From positions 28,148,001-28,212,000 of the forward strand of contig OZ024740.1 in the NCBI GenBank assembly GCA_964016885.1: a DNA stretch of 64,000 nt, read 5' to 3'. The notes below the pieces were generated by a model that saw only the letters and a program-made list of their open reading frames with translations, was not told the origin of the DNA and ran no database searches. This DNA comes from Eledone cirrhosa (Eukaryota). Positions 29,620 to 43,420 of this stretch are shown piece by piece (position 1 is the first letter of the stretch; each line of letters begins with the position of its first letter). The translations under genes were made by a program, and so were the position numbers.

Positions 29620-32600
29620 ATTTCCCTGACTATATGTGATTTCCCTGACGATATGTGATTTTCCTAACTATATGTGATTTTCCTGACTATATGAGATTTT
29701 CCTGAGTATATGTGATTTTCCTGACTATATGTAATTTTCCTGAGTATACGTTATTTACCTGACTAGAAGTGATTTTTCTGAGTATATGTGATTTCCCTGA
29801 CTATATGTGATTTTCCTGAATATATGTGATTTTCTTGACAATATGTGATTTTCCTGAGTATATGCGATTTTCCTGAGTATATGTGATTTCCCTGAGTATA
29901 TGTGATTTTCCTGGCTATATGTGATTTTCCTGAGTATATGTGATTTTCCTGCGTATATGTGATTTTCCTGAGTATATGTGATTTTCCTGAGTATATGTGA
30001 TTTCCCTGAGTATATATGATTTAACTGAGTATACGTGATTTTCCTGAGTATATGTAATTCCTTTGAGTATATGTGATTTCCCTGACTATATGTGATGTTC
30101 CTGAGTATATGTGATTTTCCTGAGTATATGTGATTTCCTGAATATATGTGATTTTCCAGAGTATATGTGATTTTTCTGTGTATATATAATTTTCCTGAGT
30201 ATATGTGATTTTCCTGAGTATATGTGATTTCCCTGAGTATATGTGATTTTCCTCAGTATATGTGATTTTCCTGACAATATGTGATTTTCCTGAGTATATG
30301 TGATTTTCCTGAGTATGTGTGATTTCCCTGAGTATATGTGATTTTCATGAGTATATGTGATATTCCTGAGTATATGTGATTTTTCTGACTATATGTGATT
30401 TTCCTGAGTATATGTGATCTTCCTGAGTATATGTGATTTTCCTGAGTATATGCGATTTTCCTGAGTATATGTGATTTTCCTGAGTATATGAAATTTCCCT
30501 GAGTATATGTGATTTTCCTGACTATTTGTGATTTTCCTGACTATGTGATTTTCTTGACTATATGTGATTTTCCTGAGTATATGTGATTTTCCTGACTATA
30601 TGTGATTTTCTTGAGTATATAAAATTTCCCTGAGTATATGTGATTTTCCTGAGTATATGTGATTTTCCTGACTATATGTGATTTTCCTGAGTATATGTGA
30701 TTTCCCTGACTATATGTGATTTCCCTGAGTATATGTGATTTTCCTGAGTATATGTGATTTTCCTGAGTATATGTGATTTCCTTGACTATATGTGATTTTC
30801 CTGATTATATGTGATCTTCCTGAGTATATGTGATTTTCCTGAGTATATGTGATTTCCCTGAGTATATGTGATTTTCCTGAGTATATGTGATTTTCATGAC
30901 TATATGTGATTTTCCTGAGTATATGTGATTTTCATGATTATGTGATTTTCCTGACAATATGTGATTTTCCTGAGTATATGTGATTTTCCTGAGTATATGT
31001 GATTTTCCTGAGTATATGTGATTTTCTTGAGTATATGTGATTTCCCTGAGTATATGTGATTTCCCTGAGTATATGTGATTTTCCTGACTATTTGTGATTT
31101 TCCTGACTATGTGATTTTCTTGACTATATGTGATTTTCCTGAGTATATGTGATTTTGCTGACTATATGTGATTTTCCTGAGTATATAAAATTTCCCTGAG
31201 TATATGTGATTTTCATGACTATATGTGATTTCCCTGACTATATGTGATTTCCCTGACGATATGTGATTTTCCTAACTATATGTGATTTTCCTGACTATAT
31301 GAGATTTTCCTGAGTATATGTGATTTTCCTGACTATATGTAATTTTCCTGAGTATACGTGATTTACCTGACTAGAAGTGATTTTTCTGAGTATATGTGAT
31401 TTCCCTGACTATATGTGATTTTCCTGAATATATGTGATTTTCTTGACAATATGTGATTTTCCTGAGTATATGCGATTTTCCTGAGTATATGTGATTTCCC
31501 TGAGTATATGTGATTTTCCTGGCTATATGTGATTTTCCTGAGTATATGTGATTTTCCTGCGTATATGTGATTTTCCTGAGTATATGTGATTTTCCTGAGT
31601 ATATGTGATTTCCCTGAGTATATATGATTTAACTGAGTATACGTGATTTTCCTGAGTATATGTAATTCCTTTGAGTATATGTGATTTCCCTGACTATATG
31701 TGATGTTCCTGAGTATATGTGATTTTCCTGAGTATATGTGATTTCCTGAATATATGTGAATTTCCAGAGTATATGTGATTTTTCTGTGTATATATAATTT
31801 TCCTGAGTATATGTGATTTTCCTGAGTATATGTGATTTCCCTGAGTATATGTGATTTTCCTCAGTATATGTGATTTTCCTGACAATATGTGATTTTCCTG
31901 AGTATATGTGATTTTCCTGAGTATGTGTGATTTCCCTGAGTATATGTGATTTTCATGAGTATATGTGATATTCCTGAGTATATGTGATTTTTCTGACTAT
32001 ATGTGATTTTCCTGAGTATATGTGATCTTCCTGAGTATATGTGATTTTCCTGAGTATATGCGATTTTCCTGAGTATATGTGATTTTCCTGAGTATATGAA
32101 ATTTCCCTGAGTATATGTGATTTTCCTGACTATTTGTGATTTTCCTGACTATGTGATTTTCTTGACTATATGTGATTTTCCTGAGTATATGTGATTTTCC
32201 TGACTATATGTGATTTTCTTGAGTATATAAAATTTCCCTGAGTATATGTGATTTTCCTGAGTATATGTGATTTTCCTGACTATATGTGATTTTCCTGAGT
32301 ATATGTGATTTCCCTGACTATATGTGATTTCCCTGAGTATATGTGATTTTCCTGAGTATATGTGATTTTCCTGAGTATATGTGATTTCCTTGACTATATG
32401 TGATTTTCCTGATTATATGTGATCTTCCTGAGTATATGTGATTTTCCTGAGTATATGTGATTTCCCTGAGTATATGTGATTTTCCTGAGTATATGTGATT
32501 TTCATGACTATATGTGATTTTCCTGAGTATATGTGATTTTCATGATTATGTGATTTTCCTGACAATATGTGATTTTCCTGAGTATATGTGATTTTCCTGA

Positions 32601-32835
32601 GTATATGTGATTTTCCTGAGTATATGTGATTTTCTTGAGTATATGTGATTTCCCTGAGTATATGTGATTTCCCTGAGTATATGTGATTTTCCTGACTATT
32701 TGTGATTTTCCTGACTATGTGATTTTCTTGACTATATGTGATTTTCCTGAGTATATGTGATTTTGCTGACTATATGTGATTTTCCTGAGTATATAAAATT
32801 TCCCTGAGTATATGTGATTTTCATGACTATATGTG
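29620..32835. repeat. 1608-bp (85-monomer) HOR unit, two tandem copies
   Basis: ORFs at 30086 and 31694 are offset by 1608, which equals 85x19-7. This matches the three 17-mers and one 18-mer seen per unit. Confidence 0.93.
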
Positions 32836-32921
32836 ATTTTCCTGAGTATATGTGATTTTCCTGACTATTTGTGATTTTCCTGACAATATGTGATTTTCCT
32901 GAGTATGTGTGATTTTCATGA

Positions 32922-35900
32922 GTATATGTGATTTTCCTGAGTATATGTGATCTTCCTGAGTATATGTGATTTTCCTGAGTATATGTGATTTTCCTGAGTA
33001 TATGTGATCTTCCTGAGTATATGTGATTTTCCTGAGTATATGTGATTTCCCTGAATATATATGTGATTTTCCTGAGTATATGTGATTTTCCTGACTATAT
33101 GTGATTTTCCTGACAATATGTGATTTTCCTGAGTATGTGTGATTTCCCTGAGTATATGTGATTTTCATGAGTATATGTGATATTCCTGAGTATATGTGAT
33201 TTTCCTGACTATATGTGATTTTCCTGAGTATATGTGATCTTCCTGAGTATATGCGATTTTCCTGAGTATATGTGATTTCCCTGAGTATATGTGACATTCC
33301 TGAGTATATTTTATTTTCCTGAGTATTTGATTTTCCTGACTATATGTGATTTTCATGAGTATATGACATCTTCCTGAGTATATGTGATTTTCCTGAGTAT
33401 ATGCGATTTTCCTGAGTATATGTGATTTTCCTGAGTATATGTGATTTTCCTGAGTATATGTGATTTTCCTGAGTATATGCGATTTTCCTGAGTATATGTG
33501 ATTTTCCTGAGTATATGTGATTTATTTAAGTATATGTGATTTCCCTGACTATATGTCATTTTCCTGAGTATATGTGATTTCCCTGAGTATATGTGATTTT
33601 CCTGAGTATATGTTATTATCCTGAGTATTTGATTTTCCTGACTATTTGTGTTTTTCCTGACTATATGTGATTTTCCTGAGTATATGTGATCTTCCTGAGT
33701 ATATGTGATTTTCCTGAGTATATGCGATTTTCCTGAGTATATGTGATTTTCCTGACTATATGTGATTTTCCTGAGTATATGTGATTTTCCTGAGTATATG
33801 TGATTTTGCTGACTATATGTGATTTTCCTGAGTATATGTGATTTCCCTGAGTATATGTGATTTTCCTGAGTAAATGTGATTTTCCTGACTATATGTGATT
33901 TTCCTGAGTATATGTGATTTTCCTGACTATATGTGATTTTCCTGAGTATATGTGATTTTCCTGACTATATGTGATTTTCCTGACAATATGTGATTTTCCT
34001 GAGTATGTGTGATTTCAATGAGTATATGTGATTTTCATGAGTATATGAGATATTCCTGAGTATATGTGATTTTCCTGAGTATATGTGATTTCCCTGAATA
34101 TATGTGATTTTCCTGAGTATATGTGATTTCCCTGAATATATGTGATTTTCCTGAGTATATGTGATTTTCCTTTGTATATATGATTTTCCTGAGTATATGT
34201 GATTTTCCTGAGTATATGTGATTTCCTGAGTATATGTGATTTTCCTGAGTATATGTGATTTTCCTGAGTATATGTGATTTCCCTGAGTATATGTGATTTT
34301 CCTGAGTATATGTGATTTTCCTGAGTATATGTGATTTCCCTGACTATATGTGATTTCCCTGACGATATGTGATTTTCCTAACTATATGTGATTTACCTGA
34401 CTAGAAGTGATTTTTCTGAGTATATGTGATTTCCCTGACTATATGTGATTTTCCTGAATATATGTGATTTTCTTGACAATATGTGATTTTCCTGAGTATA
34501 TGCGATTTTCCTGAGTATATGTGATTTCCCTGAGTATATGTGATTTTCCTGGCTATATGTGATTTTCCTGAGTATATGTGATTTTCCTGCGTATATGTGA
34601 TTTTCCTGAGTATATGTGATCTTCCTGAGTATATGTGATTTTCCTGAGTATATGTGATTTTCCTGAGTATATGTGATCTTCCTGAGTATATGTGATTTTC
34701 CTGAGTATATGTGATTTCCCTGAATATATATGTGATTTTCCTGAGTATATGTGATTTTCCTGACTATATGTGATTTTCCTGACAATATGTGATTTTCCTG
34801 AGTATGTGTGATTTCCCTGAGTATATGTGATTTTCATGAGTATATGTGATATTCCTGAGTATATGTGATTTTCCTGACTATATGTGATTTTCCTGAGTAT
34901 ATGTGATCTTCCTGAGTATATGCGATTTTCCTGAGTATATGTGATTTCCCTGAGTATATGTGACATTCCTGAGTATATTTTATTTTCCTGAGTATTTGAT
35001 TTTCCTGACTATATGTGATTTTCATGAGTATATGACATCTTCCTGAGTATATGTGATTTTCCTGAGTATATGCGATTTTCCTGAGTATATGTGATTTTCC
35101 TGAGTATATGTGATTTTCCTGAGTATATGTGATTTTCCTGAGTATATGCGATTTTCCTGAGTATATGTGATTTTCCTGAGTATATGTGATTTATTTAAGT
35201 ATATGTGATTTCCCTGACTATATGTCATTTTCCTGAGTATATGTGATTTCCCTGAGTATATGTGATTTTCCTGAGTATATGTTATTATCCTGAGTATTTG
35301 ATTTTCCTGACTATTTGTGTTTTTCCTGACTATATGTGATTTTCCTGAGTATATGTGATCTTCCTGAGTATATGTGATTTTCCTGAGTATATGCGATTTT
35401 CCTGAGTATATGTGATTTTCCTGACTATATGTGATTTTCCTGAGTATATGTGATTTTCCTGAGTATATGTGATTTTGCTGACTATATGTGATTTTCCTGA
35501 GTATATGTGATTTCCCTGAGTATATGTGATTTTCCTGAGTAAATGTGATTTTCCTGACTATATGTGATTTTCCTGAGTATATGTGATTTTCCTGACTATA
35601 TGTGATTTTCCTGAGTATATGTGATTTTCCTGACTATATGTGATTTTCCTGACAATATGTGATTTTCCTGAGTATGTGTGATTTCAATGAGTATATGTGA
35701 TTTTCATGAGTATATGAGATATTCCTGAGTATATGTGATTTTCCTGAGTATATGTGATTTCCCTGAATATATGTGATTTTCCTGAGTATATGTGATTTCC
35801 CTGAATATATGTGATTTTCCTGAGTATATGTGATTTTCCTTTGTATATATGATTTTCCTGAGTATATGTGATTTTCCTGAGTATATGTGATTTCCTGAGT

Positions 35901-36290
35901 ATATGTGATTTTCCTGAGTATATGTGATTTTCCTGAGTATATGTGATTTCCCTGAGTATATGTGATTTTCCTGAGTATATGTGATTTTCCTGAGTATATG
36001 TGATTTCCCTGACTATATGTGATTTCCCTGACGATATGTGATTTTCCTAACTATATGTGATTTACCTGACTAGAAGTGATTTTTCTGAGTATATGTGATT
36101 TCCCTGACTATATGTGATTTTCCTGAATATATGTGATTTTCTTGACAATATGTGATTTTCCTGAGTATATGCGATTTTCCTGAGTATATGTGATTTCCCT
36201 GAGTATATGTGATTTTCCTGGCTATATGTGATTTTCCTGAGTATATGTGATTTTCCTGCGTATATGTGATTTTCCTGAGTATATGTGATT
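32922..36290. repeat. 1669-bp (88-monomer) tandem duplication
   Basis: ORF pairs 33165/34834 and 33353/35022 are offset by 1669, which equals 88x19-3 (two 17-mers, one 18-mer, one 21-mer). Markers GACATTCC, TTTATTTAAG and TTTCAATGAG recur. Confidence 0.92.
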
Positions 36291-39200
36291 TTCCTGAGTA
36301 TATGTGATTTCCCTGAGTATATATGATTTAACTGAGTATACGTGATTTTCCTGAGTATATGTAATTCCTTTGAGTATATGTGATTTCCCTGACTATATGT
36401 GATGTTCCTGAGTATATGTGATTTTCCTGAGTATATGTGATTTCCTGAATATATGTGATTTTCCAGAGTATATGTGATTTTTCTGTGTATATATAATTTT
36501 CCTGAGTATATGTGATTTTCCTGAGTATATGTGATTTCCCTGAGTATATGTGATTTTCCTCAGTATATGTGATTTTCCTGACAATATGTGATTTTCCTGA
36601 GTATATGTGATTTTCCTGAGTATGTGTGATTTCCCAGAGTATATGTGATTTTCATGAGTATATGTGATATTCCTGAGTATATGTGATTTTTCTGACTATA
36701 TGTGATTTTCCTGAGTATATGTGATCTTCCTGAGTATATGTGATTTTCCTGAGTATATGCGATTTTCCTGAGTATATGTGATTTTCCTGAGTATATGAAA
36801 TTTCCCTGAGTATATGTGATTTTCCTGACTATTTGTGATTTTCCTGACTATGTGATTTTCTTGACTATATGTGATTTTCCTGAGTATATGTGATTTTCCT
36901 GACTATATGTGATTTTCTTGAGTATATAAAATTTCCCTGAGTATATGTGATTTTCCTGAGTATATGTGATTTTCCTGACTATATGTGATTTTCCTGAGTA
37001 TATGTGATTTCCCTGACTATATGTGATTTCCCTGAGTATATGTGATTTTCCTGAGTATATGTGATTTTCCTGAGTATATGTGATTTCCTTGACTATATGT
37101 GATTTTCCTGATTATATGTGATCTTCCTGAGTATATGTGATTTTCCTGAGTATATGTGATTTCCCTGAGTATATGTGATTTTCCTGAGTATATGTGATTT
37201 TCATGACTATATGTGATTTTCCTGAGTATATGTGATTTTCATGATTATGTGATTTTCCTGACAATATGTGATTTTCCTGAGTATATGTGATTTTCCTGAG
37301 TATATGTGATTTTCCTGAGTATATGTGATTTTCTTGAGTATATGTGATTTCCCTGAGTATATGTGATTTCCCTGAGTATATGTGATTTTCCTGACTATTT
37401 GTGATTTTCCTGACTATGTGATTTTCTTGACTATATGTGATTTTCCTGAGTATATGTGATTTTGCTGACTATATGTGATTTTCCTGAGTATATAAAATTT
37501 CCCTGAGTATATGTGATTTTCATGACTATATGTGATTTCCCTGACTATATGTGATTTCCCTGACGATATGTGATTTTCCTAACTATATGTGATTTTCCTG
37601 ACTATATGAGATTTTCCTGAGTATATGTGATTTTCCTGACTATATGTAATTTTCCTGAGTATACGTGATTTACCTGACTAGAAGTGATTTTTCTGAGTAT
37701 ATGTGATTTCCCTGACTATATGTGATTTTCCTGAATATATGTGATTTTCTTGACAATATGTGATTTTCCTGAGTATATGCGATTTTCCTGAGTATATGTG
37801 ATTTCCCTGAGTATATGTGATTTTCCTGGCTATATGTGATTTTCCTGAGTATATGTGATTTTCCTGCGTATATGTGATTTTCCTGAGTATATGTGATTTT
37901 CCTGAGTATATGTGATTTCCCTGAGTATATATGATTTAACTGAGTATACGTGATTTTCCTGAGTATATGTAATTCCTTTGAGTATATGTGATTTCCCTGA
38001 CTATATGTGATGTTCCTGAGTATATGTGATTTTCCTGAGTATATGTGATTTCCTGAATATATGTGAATTTCCAGAGTATATGTGATTTTTCTGTGTATAT
38101 ATAATTTTCCTGAGTATATGTGATTTTCCTGAGTATATGTGATTTCCCTGAGTATATGTGATTTTCCTCAGTATATGTGATTTTCCTGACAATATGTGAT
38201 TTTCCTGAGTATATGTGATTTTCCTGAGTATGTGTGATTTCCCTGAGTATATGTGATTTTCATGAGTATATGTGATATTCCTGAGTATATGTGATTTTTC
38301 TGACTATATGTGATTTTCCTGAGTATATGTGATCTTCCTGAGTATATGTGATTTTCCTGAGTATATGCGATTTTCCTGAGTATATGTGATTTTCCTGAGT
38401 ATATGAAATTTCCCTGAGTATATGTGATTTTCCTGACTATTTGTGATTTTCCTGACTATGTGATTTTCTTGACTATATGTGATTTTCCTGAGTATATGTG
38501 ATTTTCCTGACTATATGTGATTTTCTTGAGTATATAAAATTTCCCTGAGTATATGTGATTTTCCTGAGTATATGTGATTTTCCTGACTATATGTGATTTT
38601 CCTGAGTATATGTGATTTCCCTGACTATATGTGATTTCCCTGAGTATATGTGATTTTCCTGAGTATATGTGATTTTCCTGAGTATATGTGATTTCCTTGA
38701 CTATATGTGATTTTCCTGATTATATGTGATCTTCCTGAGTATATGTGATTTTCCTGAGTATATGTGATTTCCCTGAGTATATGTGATTTTCCTGAGTATA
38801 TGTGATTTTCATGACTATATGTGATTTTCCTGAGTATATGTGATTTTCATGATTATGTGATTTTCCTGACAATATGTGATTTTCCTGAGTATATGTGATT
38901 TTCCTGAGTATATGTGATTTTCCTGAGTATATGTGATTTTCTTGAGTATATGTGATTTCCCTGAGTATATGTGATTTCCCTGAGTATATGTGATTTTCCT
39001 GACTATTTGTGATTTTCCTGACTATGTGATTTTCTTGACTATATGTGATTTTCCTGAGTATATGTGATTTTGCTGACTATATGTGATTTCCCTGACTATA
39101 TGTGATTTCCCTGACGATATGTGATTTTCCTAACTATATGTGATTTTCCTGACTATATGAGATTTTCCTGAGTATATGTGATTTTCCTGACTATATGTAA

Positions 39201-40694
39201 TTTTCCTGAGTATACGTGATTTACCTGACTAGAAGTGATTTTTCTGAGTATATGTGATTTCCCTGACTATATGTGATTTTCCTGAATATATGTGATTTTC
39301 TTGACAATATGTGATTTTCCTGAGTATATGCGATTTTCCTGAGTATATGTGATTTCCCTGAGTATATGTGATTTTCCTGGCTATATGTGATTTTCCTGAG
39401 TATATGTGATTTTCCTGCGTATATGTGATTTTCCTGAGTATATGTGATTTTCCTGAGTATATGTGATTTCCCTGAGTATATATGATTTAACTGAGTATAC
39501 GTGATTTTCCTGAGTATATGTAATTCCTTTGAGTATATGTGATTTCCCTGACTATATGTGATGTTCCTGAGTATATGTGATTTTCCTGAGTATATGTGAT
39601 TTCCTGAATATATGTGAATTTCCAGAGTATATGTGATTTTTCTGTGTATATATAATTTTCCTGAGTATATGTGATTTTCCTGAGTATATGTGATTTCCCT
39701 GAGTATATGTGATTTTCCTCAGTATATGTGATTTTCCTGACAATATGTGATTTTCCTGAGTATATGTGATTTTCCTGAGTATGTGTGATTTCCCTGAGTA
39801 TATGTGATTTTCATGAGTATATGTGATATTCCTGAGTATATGTGATTTTTCTGACTATATGTGATTTTCCTGAGTATATGTGATCTTCCTGAGTATATGT
39901 GATTTTCCTGAGTATATGCGATTTTCCTGAGTATATGTGATTTTCCTGAGTATATGAAATTTCCCTGAGTATATGTGATTTTCCTGACTATTTGTGATTT
40001 TCCTGACTATGTGATTTTCTTGACTATATGTGATTTTCCTGAGTATATGTGATTTTCCTGACTATATGTGATTTTCTTGAGTATATAAAATTTCCCTGAG
40101 TATATGTGATTTTCCTGAGTATATGTGATTTTCCTGACTATATGTGATTTTCCTGAGTATATGTGATTTCCCTGACTATATGTGATTTCCCTGAGTATAT
40201 GTGATTTTCCTGAGTATATGTGATTTTCCTGAGTATATGTGATTTCCTTGACTATATGTGATTTTCCTGATTATATGTGATCTTCCTGAGTATATGTGAT
40301 TTTCCTGAGTATATGTGATTTCCCTGAGTATATGTGATTTTCCTGAGTATATGTGATTTTCATGACTATATGTGATTTTCCTGAGTATATGTGATTTTCA
40401 TGATTATGTGATTTTCCTGACAATATGTGATTTTCCTGAGTATATGTGATTTTCCTGAGTATATGTGATTTTCCTGAGTATATGTGATTTTCTTGAGTAT
40501 ATGTGATTTCCCTGAGTATATGTGATTTCCCTGAGTATATGTGATTTTCCTGACTATTTGTGATTTTCCTGACTATGTGATTTTCTTGACTATATGTGAT
40601 TTTCCTGAGTATATGTGATTTTGCTGACTATATGTGATTTTCCTGAGTATATAAAATTTCCCTGAGTATATGTGATTTTCATGACTATATGTGA
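36060..40694. repeat. Three further tandem copies of the 1608-bp unit (periods 1608 and 1551)
   Basis: ORFs at 36393, 38001 and 39552; 1551 equals 1608 minus 3 monomers. The offset to the 30086/31694 pair is 6307. Confidence 0.92.
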
Positions 40695-41349
40695 TTTTCC
40701 TGAGTATATGTGATTTTCCTGACTATTTGTGATTTTCCTGACAATATGTGATTTTCCTGAGTATGTGTGATTTTCATGAGTATATGTGATTTTCCTGAGT
40801 ATATGTGATCTTCCTGAGTATATGTGATTTTCCTGAGTATATGTGATTTTCCTGAGTATATGTGATCTTCCTGAGTATATGTGATTTTCCTGAGTATATG
40901 TGATTTCCCTGAATATATATGTGATTTTCCTGAGTATATGTGATTTTCCTGACTATATGTGATTTTCCTGACAATATGTGATTTTCCTGAGTATGTGTGA
41001 TTTCCCTGAGTATATGTGATTTTCATGAGTATATGTGATATTCCTGAGTATATGTGATTTTCCTGACTATATGTGATTTTCCTGAGTATATGTGATCTTC
41101 CTGAGTATATGCGATTTTCCTGAGTATATGTGATTTCCCTGAGTATATGTGACATTCCTGAGTATATTTTATTTTCCTGAGTATTTGATTTTCCTGACTA
41201 TATGTGATTTTCATGAGTATATGACATCTTCCTGAGTATATGTGATTTTCCTGAGTATATGCGATTTTCCTGAGTATATGTGATTTTCCTGAGTATATGT
41301 GATTTTCCTGAGTATATGTGATTTTCCTGAATATATGCGATTTTCATGA

Positions 41350-43420
41350 GTATATGTGATTTTCCTGAGTATATGTGATTTATTTAAGTATATGTGATTT
41401 CCCTGACTATATGTCATTTTCCTGAGTATATGTGATTTCCCTGAGTATATGTGATTTTCCTGAGTATATGTTATTATCCTGAGTATTTGATTTTCCTGAC
41501 TATTTGTGATTTTCCTGACTATATTTGATTTTCCTGAGTATATGTGATCTTCCTGAGTATATGTGATTTTCCTGAGTATATGCGATTTTCCTGAGTATAT
41601 GTGATTTTCCTGACTATATGTGATTTTCCTGAGTATATGTGATTTTCCTGAGTATATGTGATTTTGCTGACTATATGTGATTTTCCTGAGTATATGTGAT
41701 TTCCCTGAGTATATGTGATTTTCCTGAGTATATGTGATTTTCCTGACTATATGTGATTTTCCTGAGTATATGTGATTTTCCTGACTATATGTGATTTTCC
41801 TGAGTATATGTGATTTTCCTGACTATATGTGATTTTCCTGACAATATGTGATTTTCCTGAGTATGTGTGATTTCAATGAGTATATGTGATTTTCATGAGT
41901 ATATGAGATATTCCTGAGTATATGTGATTTTCCTGAGTATATGTGATTTCCCTGAATATATGTGATTTTCCTGAGTATATGTGATTTCCCTGAATATATG
42001 TGATTTTCCTGAGTATATGTGATTTTCCTTTGTATATATGATTTTCCTGAGTATATGTGATTTTCCTGAGTATATGTGATTTCCTGAGTATATGTGATTT
42101 TCCTGAGTATATGTGATTTTCCTGAGTATATGTGATTTCCCTGACAATATGTGATTTCCCTGACGATATGTGATTTTCCTAACTATATGTGATTTTCCTG
42201 ACTATGTGAGATTTTCTTGACAAAATGTGATTTTCCTTAGTATATGTGATTTTCCTGAGTATATGTGATTTCCCTGAGTATATGTGATTTTACTGGCTAT
42301 ATGTGATTTTCCTGAGTATATGTAATTTTCCTGAGTATATATGATTTAACTTAGTATATGTGATTTTCCTGAGTATATGTGATTTTCCTGAGTATATGTG
42401 ATTTATTTAAGTATATGTGATTTCCCTGACTATATGTCATTTTCCTGAGTATATGTGATTTCCCTGAGTATATGTGATTTTCCTGAGTATATGTTATTAT
42501 CCTGAGTATTTGATTTTCCTGACTATTTGTGATTTTCCTGACTATATTTGATTTTCCTGAGTATATGTGATCTTCCTGAGTATATGTGATTTTCCTGAGT
42601 ATATGCGATTTTCCTGAGTATATGTGATTTTCCTGACTATATGTGATTTTCCTGAGTATATGTGATTTTCCTGAGTATATGTGATTTTGCTGACTATATG
42701 TGATTTTCCTGAGTATATGTGATTTCCCTGAGTATATGTGATTTTCCTGAGTATATGTGATTTTCCTGACTATATGTGATTTTCCTGAGTATATGTGATT
42801 TTCCTGACTATATGTGATTTTCCTGAGTATATGTGATTTTCCTGACTATATGTGATTTTCCTGACAATATGTGATTTTCCTGAGTATGTGTGATTTCAAT
42901 GAGTATATGTGATTTTCATGAGTATATGAGATATTCCTGAGTATATGTGATTTTCCTGAGTATATGTGATTTCCCTGAATATATGTGATTTTCCTGAGTA
43001 TATGTGATTTCCCTGAATATATGTGATTTTCCTGAGTATATGTGATTTTCCTTTGTATATATGATTTTCCTGAGTATATGTGATTTTCCTGAGTATATGT
43101 GATTTCCTGAGTATATGTGATTTTCCTGAGTATATGTGATTTTCCTGAGTATATGTGATTTCCCTGACAATATGTGATTTCCCTGACGATATGTGATTTT
43201 CCTAACTATATGTGATTTTCCTGACTATGTGAGATTTTCTTGACAAAATGTGATTTTCCTTAGTATATGTGATTTTCCTGAGTATATGTGATTTCCCTGA
43301 GTATATGTGATTTTACTGGCTATATGTGATTTTCCTGAGTATATGTAATTTTCCTGAGTATATATGATTTAACTTAGTATATGTGATTTTCCTGAGTATA
43401 TGTGATTTTCCTGAGTATAT
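41350..43420. repeat. 1023-bp (54-monomer) tandem duplication
   Basis: ORFs at 41893 and 42916 are identical, offset 1023, which equals 54x19-3. Markers TTTATTTAAG, TTTCAATGAG, GACAAAATG and TACTGGCT recur. Confidence 0.92.

Noticed and set aside
32827-33297. Resemblance of HIYSGKSH to the C2H2 zinc-finger linker HTGEKPY
   Set aside because: There are no Cys pairs, the period is 19 aa rather than 28 aa, and the DNA period of 19 nt is not codon-based.
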